This document shows, piece by piece, positions 26,473-36,058 of a DNA stretch of 64,000 bases. Position numbers and translations under genes: made by a program. The DNA lies in IMG/VR virus record IMGVR_UViG_3300036767_000362; one strand, given 5' to 3'. The notes beneath the pieces were generated by a model. That model did not search any database. It was given only the letters and a program-made list of their open reading frames with translations, and was not told the origin of the DNA. How positions within the stretch are numbered: the stretch's first letter is position 1; every line of letters begins with the position of its first letter. Source of the stretch: a virus.

Positions 26473-27013
26473 ATTGTTCTAACTCCTGTTTTACTTTACT
26501 TATCGGATTCTTATTAGCCTGATATAAAATTCCATATCCCCCAGACGCTTTCCAACGATCTAAATTTTTTGGTCTATCATCAATTAGTATATTAGACACC
26601 TTTGTTCTTTTGTCTATTGCATATGATTCTTTTCTTCCAGTGATAATAATTTGATTTGGTGCTTCTATATTTTGTTGTAACCAAAACCTTTTGCCATTTG
26701 TTGAATTTTCATGGTCACCTCTTAAAGGGGATGATAATATAGAAAACGTACCGCCTGTAAATTCTTTAACAGTTGCAATTAATTCATCAGCAGTAGGAAA
26801 TTTAGGTAATGTTTTAAAGAAATCTGTACCAGTTATTCTATTAATAACTTCTTGTTTAAGGTCTTTAGTTTTATCGGATACTAATTGTTTCCAATGTTCA
26901 ACACCATATAATTTTTCTACACCACCAAAAAAGTCTGCGATAACTCCGTCCATATCTACATAGACTATTGGTTTGTTTACTGGCTCTTGACCATCTACTT
27001 CAAAAAATTTCAT
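26447..27013 (-). CDS. 5'(3')-deoxyribonucleotidase (NT5C-type HAD)
   Basis: VYVDMDGVIADF, ILSSP, K..W, ILIDDRPKN..W...GGYGI. Confidence 0.85.
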   Translation of the reverse strand: MKFFEVDGQEPVNKPIVYVDMDGVIADFFGGVEKLYGVEHWKQLVSDKTKDLKQEVINRITGTDFFKTLPKFPTADELIATVKEFTGGTFSILSSPLRGDHENSTNGKRFWLQQNIEAPNQIIITGRKESYAIDKRTKVSNILIDDRPKNLDRWKASGGYGILYQANKNPISKVKQELEQYAQIHRDQ

Positions 27014-27018
27014 TGGAA

Positions 27019-28119
27019 TTATGCAATTCCTATGTGTGTTACCTTAGGAAACTTTTGTTTAATATGACGTGCAAATTGATTGAATTGCATTATTAATCTA
27101 TTATCCCAACCTTCTGGTTTACCACCACCTATCATTGTTGCTCCACCTCCGGATTTATCAACTGTTGTAGGAACTTCTCCAGATGGTTTATTAATGTGTT
27201 TCTTTAACCATTGAGTTGTAATATTAATAAATTTATCTATAGGCATAGGTCCTGCGTCTTCAAAATTAGGATCCATACCTAATGAATTTAATATATCTCT
27301 CATTGAAAAGTTTGAAAGATAGGGACTTTCATCTTCATCCCCCATGCCATCTGGGAATTCCCAAACGTCTTGCATTTTACCATCAAATTCTTTTTTAGTT
27401 AAAAAATATGGATTTAAACTTGCTCCTTCTTTCATAGCACTTTCATTGTTAGGCATAAATTTTGCATATTTCTTTTGCATATATTTTACTTGATTTAAAT
27501 CTTTACCTATATCAAGTCTTAATTTTACGCCTTTTATATCTTGTGTAATTTCGTTAGCTTTTTCATCGTCACCTTGTTCTTGTGCAATTTCTAATGCAGA
27601 GTTCATTGCTTTTACAACATCAACACTATTGTTTAATGCGTCATTAATTGAACCAACACCTGCTAAAGTTCCTATAATTATTCCAGCCGCCGCTAATTTT
27701 CTTAGATATTCTTTTACACCTTCATCTAAATTTTCATCTTCATCGGACCAATAAACTGCTGATTCGTTTTGAACATCGTGAGATGCTAATACCATGGCCA
27801 TTGCATCTGCTACTCCAATTTTATTTCTGTTCATGTCTTCTAACTTTGAAGTATCACCGTGGTCATTAAACACTGCCATATACTCATGAATTGCATTTGG
27901 ATCAAATCCTGCTTTTTCTAATACAATTCTGCCTTTTTCTGAAATGTCTTCTTTAGCCATTTTTGTAGCAGTAGCATACATTACAGATTTGTAATCATCG
28001 CCATATCTTGCTTTAAAATCTTTGGCACTTTTCTTCATGCCTTTGACATATTTTTCTTTTTTAGATTTTTGTTTTTTAGATAATTTTTTTTCGGAAGTAT
28101 AAAATTCTTTAGATCGCAT
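27019..28119 (-). CDS. Modular late protein, putative internal head polyprotein
   Basis: Start MRSKEF (28119, TAATG overlap); KEKYVKGMKKSAKDFKARYG...VMYATATKMAKE module followed by unrelated segments joined at Glu-containing linkers. Confidence 0.65.
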   Translation of the reverse strand: MRSKEFYTSEKKLSKKQKSKKEKYVKGMKKSAKDFKARYGDDYKSVMYATATKMAKEDISEKGRIVLEKAGFDPNAIHEYMAVFNDHGDTSKLEDMNRNKIGVADAMAMVLASHDVQNESAVYWSDEDENLDEGVKEYLRKLAAAGIIIGTLAGVGSINDALNNSVDVVKAMNSALEIAQEQGDDEKANEITQDIKGVKLRLDIGKDLNQVKYMQKKYAKFMPNNESAMKEGASLNPYFLTKKEFDGKMQDVWEFPDGMGDEDESPYLSNFSMRDILNSLGMDPNFEDAGPMPIDKFINITTQWLKKHINKPSGEVPTTVDKSGGGATMIGGGKPEGWDNRLIMQFNQFARHIKQKFPKVTHIGIA

Positions 28120-30866
28120 TACTCTGCCCTCAATGTCGACTTTTTCCACCCTTTAGCAAGAAATTCATTATGTTTACTTTTAGGAATTAAAATTGTTTTA
28201 CCATTTTTATGAACATATATTTTAGGTACTGATTGACCTAATCTTTTTAGGTCAGCTGGTTGCATACCATCGCTATCTTGTTCTTTTTTAATAGGTAACT
28301 CTGGTTGTTTCATTCTTACGTTTGTTATACCCATTTTTGCTAACTTCTCTGGCATTTTAGTTACAACAAATCTACCACTTGTATCTTTGTCATCAAAATC
28401 GTATCCGGCTGTACTCATTAAATCTCTAATTGCAAAGTTTCCATCGGATGATCCAAAGCCTTCTCCATCTGGCCAATCTGCATAATGTGGACCATTAGCA
28501 ACTTCTTCGCCTGCCGCTTTTAATTCTTTTGCAAAATTTACATATTCTTCTGCTGATATAAATTTTCTCATCACAGCCATTCTAACTAAATCCATTCCTG
28601 TTCCAAATGGTGCATCTTCTTTTACTGCACTATCTTCTTTTTTTAGTGGTAATCCTAAATGATCTACACTTTCAGTTGTTTCTTGTTTACCAGCCTGAAC
28701 TCTATCCCAATAGTATGAACTCATTTTACCGTAACCATGTCTCCAAGCCATTTGACGTAGTGTTGTTTCATCTTTGTCTTTAAATCTGTCTGCTAATTCT
28801 TTATCAGACATAAACGCAAGTTTTTGTTTATGCTTTATAATTGAGGCTGGCATTCTTTCTTTTAATCCATAATCTTTTTTATCAAAATTTAGTATTTTAG
28901 ATAATTCTTCTTTTGCAGAAGGACTTTGTTCAACATCAATTAGTTGATTAATCATATCAATAGCATTAACACTATTGCCATCTTGTATATTTTCTTTTAT
29001 AGCAGTTAATACATCAATTTTATTTGAAAATCCATTAATATTAAATTCTTTTACTGTAGATTCAGTTTTATATACATTTTGAATTTTATCAATTAAAGGA
29101 GGCCAACTTTCTTTAATAGTAGAAGATATAACTTTTGCCATATTATTATCACCTTTAAGTACAGCATCAGCTAGTTCTAATCCATGACTTAAAGAAGCCT
29201 GTGCGGCACCTAATAAACTTGCTTCAGAATCTTCTTTTACTGATTCATCACTCATTGGACTTGTTATAGGTGTACTTTTTAGAGCTGGGTCTTTTTTAAA
29301 TGCTGGTTTTAATTGTTTTCCTTTATATGCAGTTTGTCCTGTAGGTATTTTTTGTACTTTACCACCTTTAGCAAGAAATTGCTTCATTAATTCGTCGCTG
29401 GCTTTCTTTTTATCATCTTTACTATCTTCAAACTTACTTCTTAAATGATCTAAATCTAATTCAAAGTCATCTGACTTGTAATAATCTTGCCAAGTTTTAA
29501 ATCGTGCTTGTAAGTCTTTAGCTCTACCGTGTTTTTCATCGTAATACCATATTTTTGCCATTTCTTCTGGTGAAACTACATCTGTATAATCTGTTATTTG
29601 TGGTTCATCATCTTCGTTTGCTTTTCTTAATGCATCAGCAACATCTGGATGACTTGATAATCCTTTTGCAATTCTTTCAATATTTTTTACAGCGGTTGTA
29701 TGATTATCTACATATAATTTAGCATATGCTTTTGCTTTTGCTATTTGACCAAAAGAAAAGTTTTCTTTGCCATCTTCTTTAGTTGATTCTCCTTGTGTTG
29801 CATAATCCTCAGCAACCCAGTCAATAAGTTCACCTGTTTTTTCAAATTCTTCTAATTCTTCATCAGTTAAAGGTGTGCCATCTATATATTTTGCTCCAAG
29901 TAATTGAAAAATCATATCACTAAAATCCTGCATTTCATAGTCTATGCTATTATGATCTATTTCTTTACCACGAAACATTATATTGGCATAATCAACTTTT
30001 TGATCTCTTGCTACTTTATATGCCGCCCAAGATTTTTCGTCATCTTCTTTTAATGGTAATCCTAAATGATCTACGCCTTGCATTGTTGCTGTGTCTTTTT
30101 GTAAAAGGGCGTGAACTGTAGATCTTAACTCTGGATCTGTTCTAAACATTTGTGCAATAGAATTTGCGTCAGGTTGTGCTTGTTTTTGTGCTTGTTTTTG
30201 TGCTGGTGCTTGTGCTGGTGCTTGTGCTGGTGCTTGTGCTGGTGCTTGTGCTGGTGCTTGTTTTTGTGCTGGTGCTTGTTTTTTTGCTGGTACAACTTTT
30301 TTGGCTCTAAATTGATCTCGAGCCATATGTTGAAATATTTTATCAACATCTCCTGCTGATGGATTTTTCCCTTTCCATTTTTGAAGGTAGCTTGTATCAG
30401 CTCCTTTTGTTGTCATAAAATCTTTTAATTGTTTTAGTGTAGGATTGTTATAATCTGCACCAACTTGACCCACATACTGTCTCCATTCGTCGTACATTTG
30501 TTTCATTACATCATCTGACTGCATTGCACCTTTCATTCCTGCCGCAGTACCTCTCATTCCAAGTTTTGATGCCGCTTTTTGACCAAGACTTGTAGCCGCT
30601 CTTTTAAGCATACCCATACCCGGTGCTTCTTTAGTAGTAGTGTCTTCCCATTTTAAATTTTTTTCAGCCCAGGCTCTTAATTCTAATTTTCTTTTTTGGA
30701 TTTCTGCCATTAGATCAGCATCGGTTCTATTTACAGGGTCTAATGCCATGTCCTGAAGATGCTTCATTAATTCTCTATAATGTTCTTTATTTCGTGGAGT
30801 TACAACTTGTCTAAATTCGGCAAGTTTACTAAATCTAACTGCTTTGTTAAGGTCATGTAAATTCAT
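28119..30866 (-). CDS. 915-aa mosaic late protein, putative protease-processed internal polyprotein
   Basis: About 11 short dissimilar segments separated by TKE/LKE/VKE/KKE linkers; duplicated VDHLGLPLK linker; SutA-like motif; QAPA repeat. Confidence 0.7.
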   Translation of the reverse strand: MNLHDLNKAVRFSKLAEFRQVVTPRNKEHYRELMKHLQDMALDPVNRTDADLMAEIQKRKLELRAWAEKNLKWEDTTTKEAPGMGMLKRAATSLGQKAASKLGMRGTAAGMKGAMQSDDVMKQMYDEWRQYVGQVGADYNNPTLKQLKDFMTTKGADTSYLQKWKGKNPSAGDVDKIFQHMARDQFRAKKVVPAKKQAPAQKQAPAQAPAQAPAQAPAQAPAQKQAQKQAQPDANSIAQMFRTDPELRSTVHALLQKDTATMQGVDHLGLPLKEDDEKSWAAYKVARDQKVDYANIMFRGKEIDHNSIDYEMQDFSDMIFQLLGAKYIDGTPLTDEELEEFEKTGELIDWVAEDYATQGESTKEDGKENFSFGQIAKAKAYAKLYVDNHTTAVKNIERIAKGLSSHPDVADALRKANEDDEPQITDYTDVVSPEEMAKIWYYDEKHGRAKDLQARFKTWQDYYKSDDFELDLDHLRSKFEDSKDDKKKASDELMKQFLAKGGKVQKIPTGQTAYKGKQLKPAFKKDPALKSTPITSPMSDESVKEDSEASLLGAAQASLSHGLELADAVLKGDNNMAKVISSTIKESWPPLIDKIQNVYKTESTVKEFNINGFSNKIDVLTAIKENIQDGNSVNAIDMINQLIDVEQSPSAKEELSKILNFDKKDYGLKERMPASIIKHKQKLAFMSDKELADRFKDKDETTLRQMAWRHGYGKMSSYYWDRVQAGKQETTESVDHLGLPLKKEDSAVKEDAPFGTGMDLVRMAVMRKFISAEEYVNFAKELKAAGEEVANGPHYADWPDGEGFGSSDGNFAIRDLMSTAGYDFDDKDTSGRFVVTKMPEKLAKMGITNVRMKQPELPIKKEQDSDGMQPADLKRLGQSVPKIYVHKNGKTILIPKSKHNEFLAKGWKKSTLRAE
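28647..30074. repeat. 21-bp direct repeat pair tggtaatcctaaatgatctac (28647-28667, 30054-30074)
   Basis: Identical copies encoding the VDHLGLP linker. Confidence 0.9.
30199..30258. repeat. 12-bp tandem repeat (tgtgctggtgct) x5 plus degenerate flanks
   Basis: Encodes the QAPA repeat linker. Confidence 0.95.
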
Positions 30867-31072
30867 TATATTTTTCTACCTCTAATTCCTTTAGTTTTTT
30901 GCATAAGTGGTCTTCTAAACCATAATTTAAACCATCCTGGATCTCCAGGTCTTAATCCTAATGCTTTCTCCCTGTCTTTAATTGCCTGTGCAGTATGAGT
31001 CATATTATATTCTGACTCACTTGGTTCAGAATCTGTTATGCCTGCTAATTTTTTTAATGTTGCAATTTCCAT
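30866..31072 (-). CDS. Small hypothetical late protein
   Basis: MEIATLKKLAGI...RPGDPGWFKLWF; AATAAATA 8 nt upstream. Confidence 0.6.
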   Translation of the reverse strand: MEIATLKKLAGITDSEPSESEYNMTHTAQAIKDREKALGLRPGDPGWFKLWFRRPLMQKTKGIRGRKI

Positions 31073-31089
31073 ATATAACATATTTATTA

Positions 31090-31656
31090 TTATGCCGGCA
31101 TATTTAATTTAGATCTCAATTTATTATACAGCATTTTAGCCAGCTTTTTATCGCCCGGAATTGCCCTTAAAAAGTTAATTTCGTCCCCTCTAGAAGCCAT
31201 ATCACGTACTCTACTACCGCTTACACCTTCTACACCATCTGAATCAGGGTCTCTTGTTCCTGCATTTACAGTATTAATGTTATCAAATTGATATTCTGAT
31301 CCATTATATTTGTTTAATAGTTCATTAAACTGTTTAACTCTGTCACTTCCTGCAACATAGGTAATATGTGTATAACCCATTGACTCTAATTTTTGCATGG
31401 CTTGAATAATTGTTCTAACATTTGGATCACCTATTTTAATACCTTTAAACATTTGTTGAGCAAAAAACAGTTTTTCAGCAAATCCTAAAGGATCTGTGTT
31501 TGCTTTTTGAGTATGTGTTAAAAATAAAAAATGATCGCCAGGTTGTGCTTGGATTGTGTTTATTAATTTTTGATGACCAATAGTAGGAGGATTAAATCGA
31601 CCGAAGGCGAAAGATGCAGGTTTAGTTATAGCTTCGGTAAACTCCTTTGATCTCAT
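31090..31656 (-). CDS. Cytidylyltransferase-like (HIGH-family nucleotidyltransferase)
   Basis: FAFGRFNPPTIGHQKL, VAGSDRV, AGTRDPD...SGSRVR; N-terminus MRSKEFTE. Confidence 0.85.
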   Translation of the reverse strand: MRSKEFTEAITKPASFAFGRFNPPTIGHQKLINTIQAQPGDHFLFLTHTQKANTDPLGFAEKLFFAQQMFKGIKIGDPNVRTIIQAMQKLESMGYTHITYVAGSDRVKQFNELLNKYNGSEYQFDNINTVNAGTRDPDSDGVEGVSGSRVRDMASRGDEINFLRAIPGDKKLAKMLYNKLRSKLNMPA

Positions 31657-31982
31657 TATGCATTCTCATTCTCTTTATCGATCTCGTCTTGTTCTGCTTC
31701 AGTATCAATAATTTTTTGTTGTAAAGATTCTTTGTCTTCATCTTTAATAACTCTTTCGGGTCTAGCCTTTACATCAAATTGTTTAAAGTATAAATTGATT
31801 GCTGTATCTATTAAAGGTTTTATAGTTGAGTTATTGCCTTCTTTTTTAGCTTTATCTATAGTTGGAAAATAATGTTTTCTATAAAAGTTAGGGTCATTAA
31901 TCATAAAATAATGAATATCATCCATTATATTATAGTCCAACTCTGTTGGCATTTGATAATCTGTAAATTCGTTAATTTTCAT
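31656..31982 (-). CDS. Hypothetical late protein
   Basis: MKINEF N-terminus; SD AGGAG. Confidence 0.7.
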   Translation of the reverse strand: MKINEFTDYQMPTELDYNIMDDIHYFMINDPNFYRKHYFPTIDKAKKEGNNSTIKPLIDTAINLYFKQFDVKARPERVIKDEDKESLQQKIIDTEAEQDEIDKENENA

Positions 31983-31990
31983 AATTCTCC

Positions 31991-32353
31991 TTAATGGTTT
32001 AACTTCACGGAATTAATTGATCCGTCAGTATATACCAAGTGTGCTCTTACCCAAACAAAATTTCCTGTAAAATTAAAAACTTTTGAACCATCTGCTTCTG
32101 CATCAGTTGTTGCAGTACTAGTATGTGTAACATCACTAATATCAAACCAATCAGTAGCTGTAGGCGTAGTTGTTAACGTGGCTTGTAATTTAATAGTACC
32201 TATAAAGCCTGCAACTGTTATTTGAGCAGTATGAAACCCATCTGCTCTACTGTAATACCCATCACCTTTATAGGCAGTACCTTCTACAGTCTCGACTGTA
32301 CTATCTCCCGGGTGGGTAGTTGCTGACATTATTGTTTCGCTAATAGCTGACAT
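31991..32353 (-). CDS. Hypothetical beta-rich (virion-type) protein
   Basis: KGDGYY...NFTGNFVWVRA; GATAAATA-TCAGT-ATG. Confidence 0.7.
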   Translation of the reverse strand: MSAISETIMSATTHPGDSTVETVEGTAYKGDGYYSRADGFHTAQITVAGFIGTIKLQATLTTTPTATDWFDISDVTHTSTATTDAEADGSKVFNFTGNFVWVRAHLVYTDGSINSVKLNH

Positions 32354-32392
32354 ACTGATATTTATCCTATATGCCTGTCCTAAGGTGCAAGG

Positions 32393-34639
32393 CTAACTCT
32401 TGATGAGTTTAACAGCTTCTTCGTAGATTATTGTAATTTCTTTGTCTTTGGCGTCTATTTTAGCTTTACCACCATTTTTTAACTTACCAAATAGCAATTC
32501 TTTGGACAGGGGCTTCTTAATTCTCTCATCTATGAGTCTTTGCATAGGTCTAGCACCCATTTTATCGTCATGTCCTTTTTCTACTAACCAGTCTATGGCT
32601 TCATCGCTTAATTCTAATACTGTATTTTTGTCTTTTAGTAACATTTTAAGTTCTAGCATAAATTTACCAACAATTTTTATCAGTATTTCTTTAGATAGTT
32701 TTTTGAATACAATAGTACCATCTAATCTGTTTCTAAATTCTGGTGGAAAGAATTTTTTCATCTCTTTATCATCATATTCGCTAGTAGATTGGGAGTCATT
32801 GAATCCCATAACATTTTTATCTAGTTGATCTGCACCTAAATTAGTAGTTAAAATTAATGTAATATTTTTACAGTCTGCTTCTTTACCATTGTTACCCATA
32901 ATTGTTCCTTCATCCATTATTTGAAGTAATATTTGACTTACGTCTGGGTGTGCTTTTTCTATTTCATCTAATAATAATACACAATTAGGATGTTCTTGTA
33001 ATTTTGTAATAAGCAATCCTGTATTTTCTTCAAATCCAACATATCCTGGAGGTGATCCAATTAATTTTGCAACTGCGTGTTTTTCTTGATATTCTGACAT
33101 ATCAAATCTAACTAATTTTACACCTAAATGAGTTGAAAGTTGTTTTGCTGTTTCTGTTTTACCACAACCAGTTGGGCCCATAAACACAAATGATCCAATT
33201 GGTTTATTATCTCTTTTTAATCCTGCGTGTGCTACCATAATTTTATCAATAATTGCTTCTATGGCTTTGTCTTGTCCGAATACACCGCTTTTCATATTTC
33301 TATCTAAGTTATTAAGAGCTGAAGATTCTTTTTGTTGAATGTTTTCAACTGGCATTTTAACAGCTTTTGCTATTTCAAATTGAATTTCTTCTGCTCCAAT
33401 TACTTTTTCGGTATTAGGATCTTTAAGATTAAATCTACTACAAGCTAAATCTATTAGATCAATTGCCTTATCAGGTAATTTTTTATCGCTTTGATACTTA
33501 ACACTGGTTTTAACTGCTTCATTAATTGCTTGATCCGTTATTGCAATACTGTGAAAGTCTTCATAATACTTTCTAAGTCCGTGTAATATTTTAACTGTAG
33601 TTGGTTTATCAGGTTCATCTACAGATATTCTTTGAAATCTTCTCATTAATGCTCTATCTTTTTCAAAATACTTTCTATATTCTTCCCAAGTAGTTGATGC
33701 AACAACTTTAAGGTCACCTTTAGTTAATACTGGTTTTAATAAATTAGCTAAATCATTACTATTTGTAGTCCCACCAGCACCTGCTCCACTAATATTGTGT
33801 GCTTCATCTATAAAACAAATAGTTTTACCTTTCTTTTTTAATGCAGATAATACAAGTTTAAATCTTTCTTCAAAATCTCCTCTATATTTAGAACCAGCTA
33901 ACATTCCACCAATATCTAAATTATATATTTTGTAATCTTTTAAAAAATCAGGGCAAGTTCCTTTTTCTATATTAAATGCTAGTCCTTCTGCAATAGCAGT
34001 TTTACCCACTCCAGGATCTCCTACTAGGATTACATTATTTTTAGTTCTTCTTCCTAATGCTAATGCTATAGAATTCAACTCTTCTACTCTACCTATTACA
34101 GGATCTATTCTTTTCTTTTTAACTTCGCTGTTTAAATTTGTAGTATAAAGACCTAATGCTCTTTTTGCCGCGGATTGATCAACTTCATCTTCATATAAAG
34201 ATTCCATTTCTGCAGAAACATACTCTTGAAACTTGTCTTTGCTTATTTCAGTCTTCATAATGAAGTAATAAGCCCAACTTTTCTTTTCACTCATCATACT
34301 TAGAAATACATCTGTAATATCTATATGACTTCTACCACTAAACAACACCTGTGTAAATGCTCTGTTTAGTATTCTTTCTACACTTGTTGTTTTTTTAGGT
34401 TTATATTTTGAAATATTTTCAAGTGTTATAGTTTTTAATTTATTTTTAAGGTATTGTTCTACTTCTGTTCTTAAATCTTCAACATCTGCACCAAACCCTT
34501 TAATCATATTTACAAATTTGTCAGTGCATAGCATTGCATATAGTAAATGCTCTACAGTTACGTATTCATGCTTTAACTTTTTAGCATCAACAACTGCTTT
34601 ATCAAAAACTAATTGTAACTCTTGACTAGGCTCTACCAT
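32393..34639 (-). CDS. clpA: ATP-dependent Clp protease ATPase subunit ClpA
   Basis: Clp-N HEYVTVEHLL, NBD1 GDPGVGKT/FIDEAH, pore loop KYRG, NBD2 GPTGCGKTE, PPGYVG, LLDEIEKAH, MGF ClpP-docking loop, GARPM. Confidence 0.95.
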   Translation of the reverse strand: MVEPSQELQLVFDKAVVDAKKLKHEYVTVEHLLYAMLCTDKFVNMIKGFGADVEDLRTEVEQYLKNKLKTITLENISKYKPKKTTSVERILNRAFTQVLFSGRSHIDITDVFLSMMSEKKSWAYYFIMKTEISKDKFQEYVSAEMESLYEDEVDQSAAKRALGLYTTNLNSEVKKKRIDPVIGRVEELNSIALALGRRTKNNVILVGDPGVGKTAIAEGLAFNIEKGTCPDFLKDYKIYNLDIGGMLAGSKYRGDFEERFKLVLSALKKKGKTICFIDEAHNISGAGAGGTTNSNDLANLLKPVLTKGDLKVVASTTWEEYRKYFEKDRALMRRFQRISVDEPDKPTTVKILHGLRKYYEDFHSIAITDQAINEAVKTSVKYQSDKKLPDKAIDLIDLACSRFNLKDPNTEKVIGAEEIQFEIAKAVKMPVENIQQKESSALNNLDRNMKSGVFGQDKAIEAIIDKIMVAHAGLKRDNKPIGSFVFMGPTGCGKTETAKQLSTHLGVKLVRFDMSEYQEKHAVAKLIGSPPGYVGFEENTGLLITKLQEHPNCVLLLDEIEKAHPDVSQILLQIMDEGTIMGNNGKEADCKNITLILTTNLGADQLDKNVMGFNDSQSTSEYDDKEMKKFFPPEFRNRLDGTIVFKKLSKEILIKIVGKFMLELKMLLKDKNTVLELSDEAIDWLVEKGHDDKMGARPMQRLIDERIKKPLSKELLFGKLKNGGKAKIDAKDKEITIIYEEAVKLIKS

Positions 34640-35147
34640 GTTCTAATTCCTTTATTGCTTTTTTTTGCTTCTTTAAAGCCATATCTAATCTTAATTTACT
34701 GACTCTTGCAGGATTAACGAACGTTATACCCTCCAAATGGTCGTATTCATGCAAAAAACATCTTGCATCATAACCACTAAACTCCATTATACACTCTTTT
34801 TGTTTGCTGTCAAGGAATTTAACGGTAACCTTTTCTGGTCTTCTAACTTTAATCCATAATTTTGGAAAACTAAGACAACCTTCTACATCTTCAATTTTAT
34901 TAAGACTTATTTGCTCAATTGTAGGGTCAATTATAGCAAGAGGTTTAGTAATTCCTTTAGTTCTTTTTGGAAATATTGTAAAAACTCTTGCATCTAAGCT
35001 AACTTGATTTGCCGCCAGGCCGATACCATCATTATTCATCATAATAGATATCATTTCTTGTTCAATTTTTTCAGAATCCAAATTTTCCCAGTCAAAAGGT
35101 TTAACTTTTTTGTCTAAAAATTCATTTGGATATCTAATTAGTTCCAT
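34626..35147 (-). CDS. def: Peptide deformylase
   Basis: GIGLAANQV, EGCLS, HEYDHLEG. Confidence 0.95.
   Translation of the reverse strand: MELIRYPNEFLDKKVKPFDWENLDSEKIEQEMISIMMNNDGIGLAANQVSLDARVFTIFPKRTKGITKPLAIIDPTIEQISLNKIEDVEGCLSFPKLWIKVRRPEKVTVKFLDSKQKECIMEFSGYDARCFLHEYDHLEGITFVNPARVSKLRLDMALKKQKKAIKELEHGRA
34786..34813 (-). promoter_or_regulatory. Possible internal sigma70 promoter for clpA inside def
   Basis: TTGACA-N16-TATAAT about 150 nt upstream of clpA. Confidence 0.45.
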
Positions 35148-35982
35148 ATTTTATTCTCTGTAAAAGTTTTAACATTTCCGGGTCGTTTATGTTAGGTATT
35201 TCAGCTTGTACTGTCATATAGATATTACCTCTGCTTCTTCCGTGCAATTTAGGTAATCCTTGCTCATTAATACTTAATACTGTACCTGGTTGACACCCTT
35301 TAGGAATTGTAATAGCTAAATTTTTGTTATCTATTGTTCTTATTTCTTTTTTAGTTCCTAATAATAAATCAAATACACTTACTTTTTCTATACAATGTAA
35401 ATTTGCTCCGTCTCTATGCCATTTTCTATGAGGAGCTACTCTAATTCTAACCATTAAATCTCCTCTATGTACTCCTGCTATTGAATTATCACCAAGAGCG
35501 GCAAATTTTATTGTAGTATTGGATTCTATTCCAGCAGGTAATTCAAGATTTACACTTTGTTGTCTTCCATTAGACAATCTATAAGTTGCAATTAAAGATT
35601 TACCACTCATTACATCTTCTAAATCTATTGTAGTTTGAATTGATATATCTTTATTTCGCATTCTTTGTCTTCGTCCAAAAGGACTAGGCCCTCCTCCAAA
35701 GAAATCATTTATTACATCACCTATATCGTGAGGGAATCCACCAAAGTCGCCACTAGTATAGGTTCTCGTATAACCTTGTTGTCCAGTTTCGCCGAACTGG
35801 TCATACGTAGTTCTTTTTTGAGGATCTTTAAGGGTGTCGTATGCTTCGTTAATTTTCTGAAACTGTTGTTCGTCTCCACCTCTGTCTGGGTGGTGTTTCA
35901 TAGCTTTCTTTTTGTATGCTTTTTTTAAATCGTCTACAGAAGCCCCTCGTTTAACACCTAATATATCATAGTAATCTGCCAT
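35134..35982 (-). CDS. dnaJ: DnaJ class B co-chaperone (CbpA-like)
   Basis: DYYDILGV, HPD motif, G/F region, C-terminal domain, no Zn fingers; start MADYY at 35982. Confidence 0.92.
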   Translation of the reverse strand: MADYYDILGVKRGASVDDLKKAYKKKAMKHHPDRGGDEQQFQKINEAYDTLKDPQKRTTYDQFGETGQQGYTRTYTSGDFGGFPHDIGDVINDFFGGGPSPFGRRQRMRNKDISIQTTIDLEDVMSGKSLIATYRLSNGRQQSVNLELPAGIESNTTIKFAALGDNSIAGVHRGDLMVRIRVAPHRKWHRDGANLHCIEKVSVFDLLLGTKKEIRTIDNKNLAITIPKGCQPGTVLSINEQGLPKLHGRSRGNIYMTVQAEIPNINDPEMLKLLQRIKYGTN

Positions 35983-35988
35983 AATAGT

Positions 35989-36017
35989 AATATAACAACT
36001 TTTTACCAAAAAGTCAA
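35989..36017 (-). promoter_or_regulatory. Sigma70-type promoter, leaderless dnaJ
   Basis: TTGACT-N17-TATATT-N6-ATG. Confidence 0.65.
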
Positions 36018-36058
36018 GTTGTAAATGTATTTAAGTGGATTTTGATATTGTTTTTTGA

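Noticed and set aside
30199-30276. Possible CRISPR-like array
   Set aside because: Contiguous 12-bp units with no spacers, in frame within a CDS.
30125-30359. HKHQ-repeat and WCLC-repeat ORFs
   Set aside because: Other-frame readings of the 12-bp QAPA tandem repeat, not metal-binding proteins.
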